A DNA stretch of 64,000 bases from an uncultured Clostridia bacterium (GCA_963558405.1 CAUWGC010000002.1:32001-96000); one strand, 5' to 3'. Counted from the first letter of the stretch, positions 1 through 10,926 are shown. Program-made: numbers and translations. Notes: generated by a model from the letters alone, not told the origin.

Positions 1-255
1 AATAATAGAAAAGTCTTCTTCTTTTTTTCCTTTAATTGATAAATACTCACTAAAAATATTATCTAATCCTATTTCAAATAGATTACAAATTTTAATTAGT
101 ACTTCATATGAAGGCTTTGAACGGTTTTGTTCTATGTCACTTATATACCTTGGAGAACATTCTATTTTTTCTGCCAATTGTTCTTGTGTATATCCATGAC
201 TTTTTCGAATTTGTTGTAATTTTTTTCCAATATTAATTACATTTGCTTTTCTCAT
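1..255 (-). CDS. XRE-family HTH transcriptional regulator (partial, runs off window start)
   Basis: Manual translation from ATG at 255: MRKANVINIGKKLQQIRKSHGYTQEQLAEKIECSPRYISDIEQNRSKPSYEVLIKIC, a classic HTH_3 pattern. Not in the ORF track. Confidence 0.8.
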   Translation of the reverse strand, partial: MRKANVINIGKKLQQIRKSHGYTQEQLAEKIECSPRYISDIEQNRSKPSYEVLIKICNLFEIGLDNIFSEYLSIKGKKEEDFSII

Positions 256-348
256 TTTTTATCCCCTTTTTCTCTTCATTTGTTTTATCATATCAAAGTT
301 TTCATTTTCTATAAATGTATTATTATCCTATATTGTGTGTATTTATTT

Positions 349-492
349 CTATTTTTTATTATCTAAATATTCCTCTAATAAAAAATTTAATTCTTCCCTT
401 GTTTTTTCTATCTTTTCTTTTTCTTCTTTATTCTGTATTTGTTCTTTTAGAAAGTTTATCTTTTGTTCAATTTTCTTTTTTAACTCTTCCAC
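349..492 (-). CDS. Small helical protein, possibly Spo0E-like (47 aa)
   Basis: AGGAG RBS then GTG; MEELKKKIEQKINFLKEQIQNKEEKEKIEKTREELNFLLEEYLDNKK. REELN aligns loosely with the Spo0E SQELD motif. Confidence 0.45.
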   Translation of the reverse strand: MEELKKKIEQKINFLKEQIQNKEEKEKIEKTREELNFLLEEYLDNKK

Positions 493-606
493 TTTTTACT
501 CCTAAATTTTATTTTTACTTAATATTCCCCCTTTTTTTATATTTTATACAAAAATAACAGCCAGAATATTTTAGTTCTAGCTGTTATTTTTAATTTTTGT
601 GTTTTT

Positions 607-1722
607 CTACATTTTTATTAATTCATATTCATCTGTTCCTATTCCTATTTTCTTTCCATGTTCTATCATAACTTTCCAGTTTGTTTCTGGATGTGCATTA
701 CAAAAATGATCGTTCAAATCATTATGTTTTTTTAATTCTTCTCCTACTAAACTATTAGAAAAAGCTTGTTCATTGTTAACAAGATCTGCACATGCTTTAT
801 CTAATGCTACTGGATCAAAAGAAGCTGCTATTCCTATATTAGGTACAATTGCTCTATCATTTTCACCATGACAATCACAATTTGGTGATATATCCATCAT
901 AAAATTTATATGAAAATTCGGTTTATCTTTTATTACTGCTAAAGTATATTCTGCTATTTTTTTGTTTAAAATATCATTAGATTCATCATTTGGTGTTTTT
1001 ATAGCATCAAAATTACATACTCCTATGCATCTTCCACATCCAACACATTTACTATGGTCAATCTTAGCTTTTCCATTTTCATTATATGAAATAGCCCCAT
1101 GTGCACATTGTTTAAAACACATTTTACAACCTACACAATGCTCTTCTACTACATGTGGTTTTCCACTATTATGCATTTCCATCTTTCCTGCTCGTGAACC
1201 ACAACCCATTCCTAAATTTTTAAGTGCTCCTCCAAAGCCTGTCATTTCATGCCCTTTAAAATGGTTTAATGAAATAATAATGTCAGCATCTACAATTGCT
1301 GTACCTATTTTTGCTGATTTTACATATTCTCCTTCTATTGGAATTTCTTTTTCGTCCGTTCCTTTTAGTCCATCTGCAATAATTATTTGACAACCTGTAC
1401 TATAAGGTGTAAATCCATTTTCATATGCAGCTTCTATATGGTCTAAGGCATTCTTTCTTCTACCTACATATAAAGTATTACAATCCGTTAAAAAAGGTTT
1501 TCCTCCTAGTTCTTTTATAAGTTCTACAATTGCTTTTGCATAGTTTGGTCTTAGATATGATAAATTACCTGGCTCTCCAAAATGAATTTTAATAGCAACA
1601 AATTTATTTTTAAAGTCTATATCTTCGATACCTGCTTTTTTTGCTAGCATTTTTAATTTTTGAAGTAAGTTTAATCCCGGTCTTGCTTTTAAATCTGTAA
1701 AATATACTTTAGATTTTTCCAT
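607..1722 (-). CDS. DUF362 domain protein with 2x[4Fe-4S] ferredoxin domain
   Basis: VAIKIHFGEPGN, HFKGH..GFGGALKNLGMG, two CxxCxxCxxxC motifs. Confidence 0.85.
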   Translation of the reverse strand: MEKSKVYFTDLKARPGLNLLQKLKMLAKKAGIEDIDFKNKFVAIKIHFGEPGNLSYLRPNYAKAIVELIKELGGKPFLTDCNTLYVGRRKNALDHIEAAYENGFTPYSTGCQIIIADGLKGTDEKEIPIEGEYVKSAKIGTAIVDADIIISLNHFKGHEMTGFGGALKNLGMGCGSRAGKMEMHNSGKPHVVEEHCVGCKMCFKQCAHGAISYNENGKAKIDHSKCVGCGRCIGVCNFDAIKTPNDESNDILNKKIAEYTLAVIKDKPNFHINFMMDISPNCDCHGENDRAIVPNIGIAASFDPVALDKACADLVNNEQAFSNSLVGEELKKHNDLNDHFCNAHPETNWKVMIEHGKKIGIGTDEYELIKM

Positions 1723-1758
1723 TTATATACCTCCATTTTTTTATTATATTATTTATTT

Positions 1759-2256
1759 TTATTGTAAGTATTTACTGTTTTGCTCTAATGCATCAAAATT
1801 TACATGTCTTAATACTTCATATACAACAATTGCAACAGAATTAGATAAATTAAGAGAACGTAATGTAGGTCTCATTGGTATTCTTATAGTTTTATCTATG
1901 TATTTTTTTAATACATCCTCTGGTAATCCTTTTGTTTCTTTTCCAAATAGTAAAAAAACTTCTTCATCTTGTTCATAAGATACATCTGTATAACAATTAG
2001 GTGATTTTGTTGTAACAAAATACATTGCATGTTCTTCTGGTTTATATTTTTCTAAAAAATCTGAGAATGATTCATGCTCTTCTATTTCTAATTTATCCCA
2101 ATAATCTAGTCCTGCTCTTTTTAAAGTTTTATCATTAATTTCAAATCCTAAGGGTTTTACTAAATGTAATTTAGCTCCTGTTGCAGCACAAGTTCTTGCA
2201 ATATTTCCAGTATTTTGTGGTATTTCTGGTTCAACCATTACTATGTTTATTTTCAT
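1759..2256 (-). CDS. trmL: tRNA (cytidine/uridine-34-2'-O)-methyltransferase
   Basis: EPEIPQNTGNIARTC, RAGLDYW, FGKETKGLP, RSLNLSNS (SPOUT motifs). Confidence 0.93.
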   Translation of the reverse strand: MKINIVMVEPEIPQNTGNIARTCAATGAKLHLVKPLGFEINDKTLKRAGLDYWDKLEIEEHESFSDFLEKYKPEEHAMYFVTTKSPNCYTDVSYEQDEEVFLLFGKETKGLPEDVLKKYIDKTIRIPMRPTLRSLNLSNSVAIVVYEVLRHVNFDALEQNSKYLQ

Positions 2257-2267
2257 ATTTTTTCTCC

Positions 2268-3230
2268 TTACTTAACTACTTCATATTTTATTAACTTTAT
2301 TTGATTTGATATATATTTTGGGTTTAAGTCTATTTCTTTACTTAAATCTGTACTTAAATATTTTTTATTATCATCAGAAAATACAGTTACTACCGCTTCT
2401 TCTGTTTCTTCTTTTGCTAAAATACTAGCAAGTGCATTAGCACCTGATGAAATTCCTACTCCAATTCCTAACTCTTTTGCTATTTTTCTTGCCATATTTA
2501 CACTATCATCATCATTTATTAAAAATATTTTATCAATTTCTTCTTTATTTATTAATTCTGGAATAAATTCATCACCAATTCCTTCTATTTTATGCTGTTC
2601 TTTTATTTCTTTTACAGATAGTAACGGCATTTTATCTGGTTCTAAAGCAATTATTTTAGTTCCAGGATAAACTTCTTTTATTCTTTTACCTATTCCCATT
2701 AAAGTTCCTCCTGTACCAACTCCTGAAATAAATGCACCTATTTCTTCTTTTAATTGATTTACTATTTCTTTTCCTGTTGTCTCATAATGAGCTAACATAT
2801 TATCAATATTTGAAAATTGGTTAGTATGATATCCATTTGTTTCTTTTGCCAATTTTTTTGCTTCTTCTATACATTTCAAGAATCCACCTTGTTCTTTAGA
2901 AATTAGAATAACGTTTGCTCCATATGATTTCATTAAATCCACTCGCTCTTTGCTTACCCAATTTGGCATAAATATAGTTACAGGATATCCCTCTTTTGCC
3001 CCTATTGCAGAAAGTGCTATTCCTGTATTTCCGCTTGTGGCTTCTATTATTGACATGCCTTTTTTTAATATTCCTCTATTTTTTGCTTTTTCTACTATGT
3101 ACCACGCAATCCTATCTTTTATACTTCCCGTAATATTATAAAATTCTAATTTTGTATAAAAATATGATATTTTTCCTTTATATTCATATAATATTTTAAT
3201 AAGAGGCGTATTACCTACAGTTTTTTCCAT
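2268..3230 (-). CDS. cysK: Cysteine synthase (PLP-dependent)
   Basis: GNTPL, GSIKDRIA, EATSGNTG, GVGTGGT, HKIEGIG. Confidence 0.85.
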   Translation of the reverse strand: MEKTVGNTPLIKILYEYKGKISYFYTKLEFYNITGSIKDRIAWYIVEKAKNRGILKKGMSIIEATSGNTGIALSAIGAKEGYPVTIFMPNWVSKERVDLMKSYGANVILISKEQGGFLKCIEEAKKLAKETNGYHTNQFSNIDNMLAHYETTGKEIVNQLKEEIGAFISGVGTGGTLMGIGKRIKEVYPGTKIIALEPDKMPLLSVKEIKEQHKIEGIGDEFIPELINKEEIDKIFLINDDDSVNMARKIAKELGIGVGISSGANALASILAKEETEEAVVTVFSDDNKKYLSTDLSKEIDLNPKYISNQIKLIKYEVVK

Positions 3231-3367
3231 CTCATTCCTCCTTTTATTTTTATATATTATATTACTTCTTTTATTTTATGTGATTCTATTATTATAATAA
3301 ATTTTTTTATTTAATACAACATATAATAACCACTATTCCTAATTTATTTGAAATAGTGGTTTAATTT

Positions 3368-3808
3368 TTAATCTTCTATCATTTGCCTTATCATCCATAT
3401 TTTTTTTGAATAATTTAATATATATTCATCCATTAAAGCTGATGTTCCAAATGTATCTTCATTTTCCGCTTCTTTTTTTATTTTTAATATTTCCAATTTT
3501 AAAGTTGCTAAGTCTTCGATTATATCTTTAAATATTTTTTCTTCCTTTATTTTTTTATTTTCTGCTTCTTTTAAAGTTGTTCTTTCTAAATAATCTTTTA
3601 ATCTTCCTAGTGGTTCTCCTCCTATTATTAAAATATGTTCTGCTATTTCATCTATTTGCTTGTTAATATCATTGTAATATTCTTCTAACTTAGCATGAAC
3701 CCAAAAAAACTCTTCTCCTTCTATATTCCAGTGATAATTTTGTAATTTTCTATAAAAAACATTTAAGTCTGCTAAAAATGTATTTAAACAATCTACAACT
3801 TTTTCCAT
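3368..3808 (-). CDS. dps: Dps-family ferritin-like DNA protection protein
   Basis: KLQNYHWNIEG..FFWVHAKLEEYY..DEIAE. Confidence 0.9.
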   Translation of the reverse strand: MEKVVDCLNTFLADLNVFYRKLQNYHWNIEGEEFFWVHAKLEEYYNDINKQIDEIAEHILIIGGEPLGRLKDYLERTTLKEAENKKIKEEKIFKDIIEDLATLKLEILKIKKEAENEDTFGTSALMDEYILNYSKKIWMIRQMIED

Positions 3809-3984
3809 AAAAAACTTCCTTTCATTTATTTATAATTTTTATTATTTCCTAAAATATTTTTTTAATACAAAACTTAAAATATATTTTAGATAAAAAGTAT
3901 TGACATTTTTTTCCATGTATTTTATAATCTTTTTAAATTTATTCTATTAAATTAATTCTTAAATTTTCCCTAAAAGAGGTTTTT

Positions 3985-5521
3985 ATGTTATCAATTGTTA
4001 ATAGTATGTCTTTACATGGACTAAATGGTTACTTAATTCGTGTACAGGTAGACATTTCTGCTGGTATGCCATATTGGGAAATTGTTGGTCTTCCTGATAC
4101 TAGTGTACGTGAAGCAAAAGAAAGAGTCAGAACTGCAATAAAAAACTCTGGTTATGATTTTCCTAGTAGACGAATTGTTGTTAATTTAGCTCCTGCTAAT
4201 CAAAAAAAAGAAGGTCCTTTTTTTGATTTACCAATTGCCGTTGGAATTTTAATTGATTTAGAAATTATTAAATATTCTGATTTTTCTAATTTTATATTTC
4301 TTGGTGAACTTTCCCTTGATGGTAAAATTAATCCTATAAATGGTATTTTACCTATGTGCATTGAAGCTAAAAATCTTGGTATTTCTAAAGTAATTGTTCC
4401 TTATGAAAATGCAAAAGAAGCTTCTATTGTATCCGGTATAGAAGTAATTGGTGTTAAACATTTAAATGATGTTGTTTTATTTTTAAATGGTGATATAAAA
4501 TTATTACCTGAAAATTCTAATATTAATGAATTATTTCATCAATCTGCTATTTCTTGCTTTGATTTTTCTGAAGTTAAAGGACAAGAAAACATAAAAAGAG
4601 CTTTAGAAGTAGCTGCAGCTGGTGGTCATAATTGTCTGCTTATTGGTAGCCCTGGTTCACGGAAAAACAATGATGGCAAGAAGAATTCCCTCTATTTTAC
4701 CTGATTTAACATTTGAAGAAGCTCTTGAAATTACAAAAATACATAGTATTGCAGGAACTTTATCTAATTCTACACCAATTTTAACAACAAGACCTTTTCG
4801 TTCTCCTCATCATACTATTTCTGCTACTTCTTTAGTTGGTGGAGGCAAAATTCCTAAACCTGGTGAAATTAGCCTTGCACACTTTGGAGTTTTATTTTTA
4901 GACGAATTACCCGAGTTTAATAAGAGTACATTAGAAGTTTTGCGTGGTCCTTTAGAAGATAAAACTGTTACTATAAGTCGTATAAATGCTTCTTTAACAT
5001 ATCCTTGTAATTTTATGTTTGTTGCTTCAATGAACCCCTGTCCTTGTGGTTTTTATGGTTCTAATGAAAAAGAATGTACTTGTAGTCCTCAAATTATTTC
5101 TCGCTATATGAATAAAATTAGTGGGCCTTTACTAGATAGAATTGATATTCAGGTAGAGGTTACTAAAGTCAGTTATCAAAAATTAGATTCTAATATAAAA
5201 ATAGAAACTTCTTCTCAAATACGAAAAAGAGTAAATTTGGCTCGCAAAATTCAAATAGAACGCTATTCTCCTTATAGTATTTATTCTAATTCTGAATTGA
5301 CACCTAATTTAATTGAAAAATATTGTAAACTTGATACTTCTAGCAAAATAATATTACAAAAATCTTTCGAAAAATTAGGATTAAGTGCTAGAGCTTATCA
5401 TCGTATTTTAAAAGTATCTAGAACAATTGCTGATTTGGATGGAAAAGAACAAATTGAGGCAAAGCATATTGCAGAAGCAATTCAATATAGAAATTTAGAC
5501 AGAAAATATTGGAAAAATTAG
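3985..5521 (+). pseudogene. comM: ComM/YifB Mg-chelatase-like AAA+ ATPase, split by a single extra base in the Walker A motif (pseudogene, recoded gene or sequencing error)
   Basis: ORF 3985-4704 ([16 protein letters not shown]) and ORF 4622-5521 (RPFRSPHH, GEISLAH, LFLDE) join as GSPGS-GKT if one base at about 4660 is skipped. Confidence 0.85.
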
Positions 5522-6382
5522 GTGTATATTATGGATTATTCTATTATTCATCTCAATAATTTAAATTATCCTAAACAATTATTAAGTATAAAAAATCCTC
5601 CAGAAAAGCTTTATGTTATAGGTAACAAAACTCTACTTCAATCTTCAAATATTATTGCTATTGTAGGTTCTAGAGATTGCACTGAATATGGAAGACAACA
5701 AGCTTTTATTTTTTCTAAAGAACTTTCTTGTAAAAACTATACCATAATTAGTGGACTTGCTATAGGAATAGACTCTGCAGCACATTTAGGAGCTTTAAAA
5801 GGAAAAGGAAATACTATTGCTGTAATAGGTAGTGGTTTTAATAATATTTATCCTGAAGAAAACTTATGGCTATTTAACTATATATTGCAAAATAACGGAT
5901 GTATTATTTCTGAATATCCACCAAACACTAAAATTTCAATGAAAAATTTTCCAAAAAGGAATAGAATTATTAGTGGTATTGCTAATAGTGTTACGGTTAT
6001 TGAAGCCGCCTTTAGAAGTGGCAGTATTATTACTGCTCATCAAGCAATAAATCTTAATAAAAAAGTTTTTTGTCTTCCTAGTAATATTAATTCTAAAAAT
6101 AGTTCTGGTACTAATACTCTTATCCGTAATGGAGCAAAACTTGTTTTTAAACCTTCACATATTATTGAGGAAATTGATTCTAACAATTTAAAACAATCCA
6201 AAACAATTCCTAAAGCATATGAAGAAATTTATCAATTATTGCTTCCAGGGCCTCTATCAATTAATACTTTATCCAAAAAAGTAAACAAGGATTTATCTTC
6301 TCTTCAATCTACTTTAACTATGATGGAATTAGAAGAATATTTAGAACAATTGCCTGGAAATAAATTTAAAATAAAGGAATAA
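5522..6382 (+). CDS. dprA: DNA processing protein DprA
   Basis: AIVGSR, IISGLAIGID, ISEYPP, FPKRNRIISG. Confidence 0.93.
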   Translation: MYIMDYSIIHLNNLNYPKQLLSIKNPPEKLYVIGNKTLLQSSNIIAIVGSRDCTEYGRQQAFIFSKELSCKNYTIISGLAIGIDSAAHLGALKGKGNTIAVIGSGFNNIYPEENLWLFNYILQNNGCIISEYPPNTKISMKNFPKRNRIISGIANSVTVIEAAFRSGSIITAHQAINLNKKVFCLPSNINSKNSSGTNTLIRNGAKLVFKPSHIIEEIDSNNLKQSKTIPKAYEEIYQLLLPGPLSINTLSKKVNKDLSSLQSTLTMMELEEYLEQLPGNKFKIKE

Positions 6383-6385
6383 TAT

Positions 6386-6739
6386 ATGTATTTTAAACAA
6401 AAAATTGGAAAATTAGGTGAGGATATTGCATGTAAATATTTACAAAATTTAGGATATAAAATTATTTCTAGAAATTATTTTTGTAGATTTGGTGAAATTG
6501 ATATTATAGCAAAAGATAATTTAGAATATGTTTTTATTGAAGTTAAAACAAGAACATGTAATAGTTTTGGCTCACCTATTGATTCCATTGATTATAAAAA
6601 AATAAAACATCTTTTAAAATCTATTTCATATTATATTTATTCACATCACTTGCAAAATTATTTTATTCGTATTGATGCAGTTGAAATAATTGAATTTAAT
6701 GGAAATTTTAAAGTTAATCACATAAAACAAATTATATAA
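6386..6739 (+). CDS. yraN: YraN family nuclease
   Basis: GKLGEDIA..RNY..GEIDIIA..FIEVKTR; adjacent to comM and dprA. Confidence 0.9.
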   Translation: MYFKQKIGKLGEDIACKYLQNLGYKIISRNYFCRFGEIDIIAKDNLEYVFIEVKTRTCNSFGSPIDSIDYKKIKHLLKSISYYIYSHHLQNYFIRIDAVEIIEFNGNFKVNHIKQII

Positions 6740-6824
6740 AATATTAAAGCTTAAACTAACTTGCATATTTATTATTATTTACTTCCAATATCTATAATGC
6801 TATAATACTTTCATAAATAAGTAA

Positions 6825-8663
6825 ATGAGGTTATGTATGAATAAACTAGCACATGAAATATTAAAAAAATACTTTGGTTATGAAAATTTCAGAATAGGCC
6901 AAGAAGAAATTATTTCTCATATTTTAAACAAAGAGGATTGTCTTGGAATTATGCCTACAGGTGCAGGAAAATCTATTTGCTATCAAGTTCCAGCTATGAT
7001 ATTTAGAGGTATTACAATAGTAATTTCTCCTTTAATATCTTTAATGAAAGACCAAGTTGATTCTTTAAACGATGTAGGAATATCTGCCACCTATTTGAAT
7101 AGCTCATTATCTGAAAAAGACTATTTTCAAACTATTGAAAACATTTGCAATAATTTATATAAAATTATATATGTTTCTCCTGAAAAATTATTTTCTAATA
7201 ATTTTATTAAACTACTTAATACACTTTCTATTTCAATGATTGCAATTGATGAAGCACATTGTGTTTCAAGGTGGGGGCATGATTTTAGACCTAGTTTTTG
7301 TGAAATTGCAAATGTTATTTCTTGTTTAAAAAGTAGACCTGTTGTAGTTGCTTTTACTGCTACAGCAACAGAAATTGTAAAATCTGATATTATTAATACT
7401 TTAAAATTAGTTAATCCTTTTGTCCTTACAACTGGATTTGATAGAAGTAATTTATACTTTTCTGTTAAATCACCAAACGATAAAAAAGAATTTTTATTAG
7501 ATTTCCTAAAAAAACATACAAATGAATCTGGAATTATATATTGCTCTACCAGAAAAGTAGTTGATGAATTATTTGATTATCTTAATAATTTTAACTATTC
7601 TGTTTGTAAATATCATGCAGGTATGAGTGAACAAAGTAGAATCAAATCTCAAAATTCATTTATATATGATCAATATCAAATAATGATAGCTACAAATGCA
7701 TTCGGAATGGGAATTGATAAGTCTAATGTTAGGTATGTAGTACATTATAACATGCCTAAAGATTTAGAAAGCTATTATCAAGAAGCCGGACGTGCTGGAC
7801 GTGATGGTGATAAGTCAGAATGTATATTATTATTTGACCGTGCAGATATTGTTACAAATAAATTTTTGATTGAGCAATCTTCAAAAGAAAATTCTATTCA
7901 AGAATATGAAAAATTAAACGAAATAATTGATTACTGTAATACTAGTAAATGTTTAAGGAAGTATATTTTAGAATATTTTGGAGAAACACCAAATTTTAAT
8001 AATTGCAATTTTTGCTCTAATTGTAATTCTGAAGTGAATTTAACAAACATCACAATTGACAGTCAAAAAATCTTTTCATGCATTAAAAGAATGAATCAAA
8101 GATTTGGTGCAGGTATTGTTACAGATGTATTAAAGGGTGCAAACACTTCCAAAATAAAATCTATGGGATTTGATAACTTATCTACTTATGGAATTATGAA
8201 AGACTATTCAAAAGAAACTATTAGAGATTTAATTTCCTTTTTGATTGCTGAAGGATATATAAAAAGTAGTGGAAGTAAATATCCTACTCTATCTTTAACG
8301 CCACTTGCTAACGATGTTTTATTTAATAATAAAGAAGTTTTTATAAAAAAGAAAATAGAAAAAATTGTAAAACCAGAAAAGAAAAGTTCAGATTCTAATG
8401 AAGATATTAATTATGATAAAGAATTATTTGAAATATTGCGCAACCTTAGAAAAAAACTTTCTATTGATAATAAAATTCCACCTTTTATTATATTTAATGA
8501 TGTATCTTTAAAACAAATGTCTTCTTCTTATCCTACTACTGAAGAAAGTTTTTTAAATATTAGTGGAGTTGGTGATTTTAAACTTGAAAAGTATGGTGCT
8601 GACTTTATTAAAGCAATTAAAGATTATATAGAAGTAAATGGCAATTTAGAAGAAAAAAGCTAG
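6825..8663 (+). CDS. recQ: ATP-dependent DNA helicase RecQ
   Basis: MPTGAGKS, DEAHC..WGHDFRP, YYQEAGRAGRDG, RQC and HRDC domains. Confidence 0.95.
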   Translation: MRLCMNKLAHEILKKYFGYENFRIGQEEIISHILNKEDCLGIMPTGAGKSICYQVPAMIFRGITIVISPLISLMKDQVDSLNDVGISATYLNSSLSEKDYFQTIENICNNLYKIIYVSPEKLFSNNFIKLLNTLSISMIAIDEAHCVSRWGHDFRPSFCEIANVISCLKSRPVVVAFTATATEIVKSDIINTLKLVNPFVLTTGFDRSNLYFSVKSPNDKKEFLLDFLKKHTNESGIIYCSTRKVVDELFDYLNNFNYSVCKYHAGMSEQSRIKSQNSFIYDQYQIMIATNAFGMGIDKSNVRYVVHYNMPKDLESYYQEAGRAGRDGDKSECILLFDRADIVTNKFLIEQSSKENSIQEYEKLNEIIDYCNTSKCLRKYILEYFGETPNFNNCNFCSNCNSEVNLTNITIDSQKIFSCIKRMNQRFGAGIVTDVLKGANTSKIKSMGFDNLSTYGIMKDYSKETIRDLISFLIAEGYIKSSGSKYPTLSLTPLANDVLFNNKEVFIKKKIEKIVKPEKKSSDSNEDINYDKELFEILRNLRKKLSIDNKIPPFIIFNDVSLKQMSSSYPTTEESFLNISGVGDFKLEKYGADFIKAIKDYIEVNGNLEEKS

Positions 8664-8667
8664 AAAT

Positions 8668-8868
8668 CTAGCTTTTTTTATTTTCTAAGTATATTTGATA
8701 TAACATATCTTTTAAAACTAACATAGCATCTTGATTACTAAAGTTATATTCTTTTTCTAATTCATCTAACATTTCCTTTAATTTTGTTTCATATTTTTCT
8801 ACTTTTATTTGTTTTTTATAATTTTTAATTATTGGATATTTTTTACTCCATATTTTATTCCAGTCCAT
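8668..8868 (-). CDS. Hypothetical protein (66 aa)
   Basis: ORF with AAGGAG RBS, co-directional with upstream genes. Confidence 0.6.
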   Translation of the reverse strand: MDWNKIWSKKYPIIKNYKKQIKVEKYETKLKEMLDELEKEYNFSNQDAMLVLKDMLYQIYLENKKS

Positions 8869-8887
8869 CTGTTTCTCCTTTTATTTT

Positions 8888-9241
8888 TTATAATATACAT
8901 TTCCATTTATCTTCTTTAAATCCAATCAAAACAATATTACCTGATATAAATATTGGTCTTTTGATAAGCATTCCGTCACTTGCTAATAATTCTACTTTTT
9001 CTTTATCACTCATATTTGATAATTTTTCTTTTAGATTTAGCTCTTTATATTTTAGACCGCTTGTATTAAACCATTTTTTTATATCAAGCTCGCTTTCTTT
9101 TATCCACTCTGTTAATTCTTTTACTGTAGGTGTCTCTTCAATTATATGTCTATCTTCAAATTCTATATTATTTTCTTCTAGCCATTTCTTAGCTTTTTTA
9201 CAAGTAGAACATTTTGGGTATTCTATAAATAAATTTTTCAT
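8888..9241 (-). CDS. ArsC/Spx family protein
   Basis: YPKCSTCKKAKKWL, FNTSG, MLIKRP. Confidence 0.88.
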   Translation of the reverse strand: MKNLFIEYPKCSTCKKAKKWLEENNIEFEDRHIIEETPTVKELTEWIKESELDIKKWFNTSGLKYKELNLKEKLSNMSDKEKVELLASDGMLIKRPIFISGNIVLIGFKEDKWKCIL

Positions 9242-9251
9242 AACTGACCTC

Positions 9252-9644
9252 CTATAAATTATATTCCCATAAACTTAATTTACCTTTGGCTTCTATTGGT
9301 TCATCAAATATTTGTATATCAGTAAGTTGCCATGCATATTTTTCTGTAAATGTACTTTTAGCATAAATATCATTATTTTCTTTTAAACACATATCTTTAA
9401 ATTCTTGATTACACTTTATACAATCTACTAATTTGACTTTTCCTAATATTTTTCCCATTATTAATTTTTCTGGAAGATATTTTTTAAGTCTATTGCAAGC
9501 TTCTTTATCTATATTTTTTCCTGCATGTATTAATAATTCTCCTCTATATTTTGTTTGCCAACTTCTAAATTCGAATCTTTTATTCCCTTGCATTATTAGT
9601 GTTGCCCAAGGTTGTCTAATTGTTAATACTTTCATGTGTATCAA
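9252..9644 (-). CDS. ASCH domain protein
   Basis: LTIRQPWATLIMQGNKRFEFRSW..RGELLIHAG. Confidence 0.85.
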   Translation of the reverse strand: MIHMKVLTIRQPWATLIMQGNKRFEFRSWQTKYRGELLIHAGKNIDKEACNRLKKYLPEKLIMGKILGKVKLVDCIKCNQEFKDMCLKENNDIYAKSTFTEKYAWQLTDIQIFDEPIEAKGKLSLWEYNL

Positions 9645-9870
9645 ACTCCTACACTAAATGTTTTTATTTATTCATTAACTCTAATTTTTACAATATATTT
9701 ATATCATAAAATAATATTTTCCTCAATGATTTATGTTATTTTTAAATACATTTCTAAAATATTTTTCTTAATTATCTAGATTATTGGAATGAGAAGTATT
9801 ATAGGAATGGGGTTGTGAATGGTTCTCAGTTAGTTATGGGATGTTTTGAGGAATAGTTAATTTACAATTA

Positions 9871-10926
9871 CTAATTTATTATCCATTCACCATTTTTTTT
9901 GCCATTTTTTCTTTCTATTATACCCTTTTCTTGCATTTCTGCCATATAAGTTTTTACAGTTCTTACAGATTTATTAATCTGTCTTGATATTTCTTCTTGA
10001 GTAGTTGCTGGATTTATTTTTAATATATTTACTATTGCCTGTTCTTCTAAAGTGCAATTATTGCCTTTTAAATCATTTTCATTTGCACTTTGAATATTAT
10101 CTATATGTGTATACCTATTCTTTAATTCATAATTAGCATTTGTTAGCATGTTATAAAAGAATTTTTGTAAAAATGAAGTATCCTCGAATACATTTTTTTC
10201 AAAATTTTTGTAATTAGCTCTTACTAATGAATTTCTAAAATACCATGAATTTTCTGCAAATACTTCATCATTAATATTAAATCCAAAAGTTCTTAAATAT
10301 TTTATCATAAACACTGCCGTTGTTCTTGTATTTCCTTCACAAAAAGGATGTACTTGCCATATATTTGATGTAAATCTACATAAATGTTTAATAGATTCAT
10401 CTAAGCTTAAACCTTTATATGAGAAATTTTTTTCTTGTTCAAAATCATATTCTAGTGCTTCTTTTATAATATCAAATGATGCATATATTACTGTATCTCC
10501 ATTTAATACCCATTCTTTTTTAATAAAGTTATAATCCCTGTATATTCCTGCCCCATCAAATATATCTTTAAATAATCTTTTATGAATATTTAATAGTTCT
10601 GTTGGCGAAAAATTGAATGCTTTTTCGCTCAATATTTCTGTTATTCTTACTGCAACTTTATCTGCTTCTTCACTCTCTCTTTCAAAGTTTTTTCTACTTC
10701 CTTGAACTTCATAATATTCATCTATTCTTGTTTTTGCTTCTTCAATATCTATTGTTCCTTCAATATGCTCTTTAGCAGTTTTAATTAAGTATTTTGAAGG
10801 CTTTAATCCATCTACATCTTGCAAACCTATAGCTGTTTCCCATGTTTTAGTCTTTTCTACTCTATTTGGCTCACCTTGTTTAATATATTCTGATAATTCT
10901 AAATTCCAATCTTTTTTTTTATCCAT
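9871..10926 (-). CDS. Fic family protein with N-terminal VbhA-like region and C-terminal wHTH
   Basis: HPFCEGNTRT Fic motif; N-terminal AIGLQDVDGL; C-terminal HTH. Confidence 0.88.
   Translation of the reverse strand: MDKKKDWNLELSEYIKQGEPNRVEKTKTWETAIGLQDVDGLKPSKYLIKTAKEHIEGTIDIEEAKTRIDEYYEVQGSRKNFERESEEADKVAVRITEILSEKAFNFSPTELLNIHKRLFKDIFDGAGIYRDYNFIKKEWVLNGDTVIYASFDIIKEALEYDFEQEKNFSYKGLSLDESIKHLCRFTSNIWQVHPFCEGNTRTTAVFMIKYLRTFGFNINDEVFAENSWYFRNSLVRANYKNFEKNVFEDTSFLQKFFYNMLTNANYELKNRYTHIDNIQSANENDLKGNNCTLEEQAIVNILKINPATTQEEISRQINKSVRTVKTYMAEMQEKGIIERKNGKKNGEWIIN

Noticed and set aside
315-557. 80-aa F/L-rich plus-strand ORF
   Set aside because: Low-complexity shadow of an A-rich minus-strand ORF (349-492) that has a proper RBS.
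7261-7280. AGG at the usually Gln position of RecQ CVSQWGH, as possible codon reassignment
   Set aside because: AGG also occurs at conserved Arg positions (RecQ NVR and CLRK, DprA FPKRNR), so it reads as Arg.
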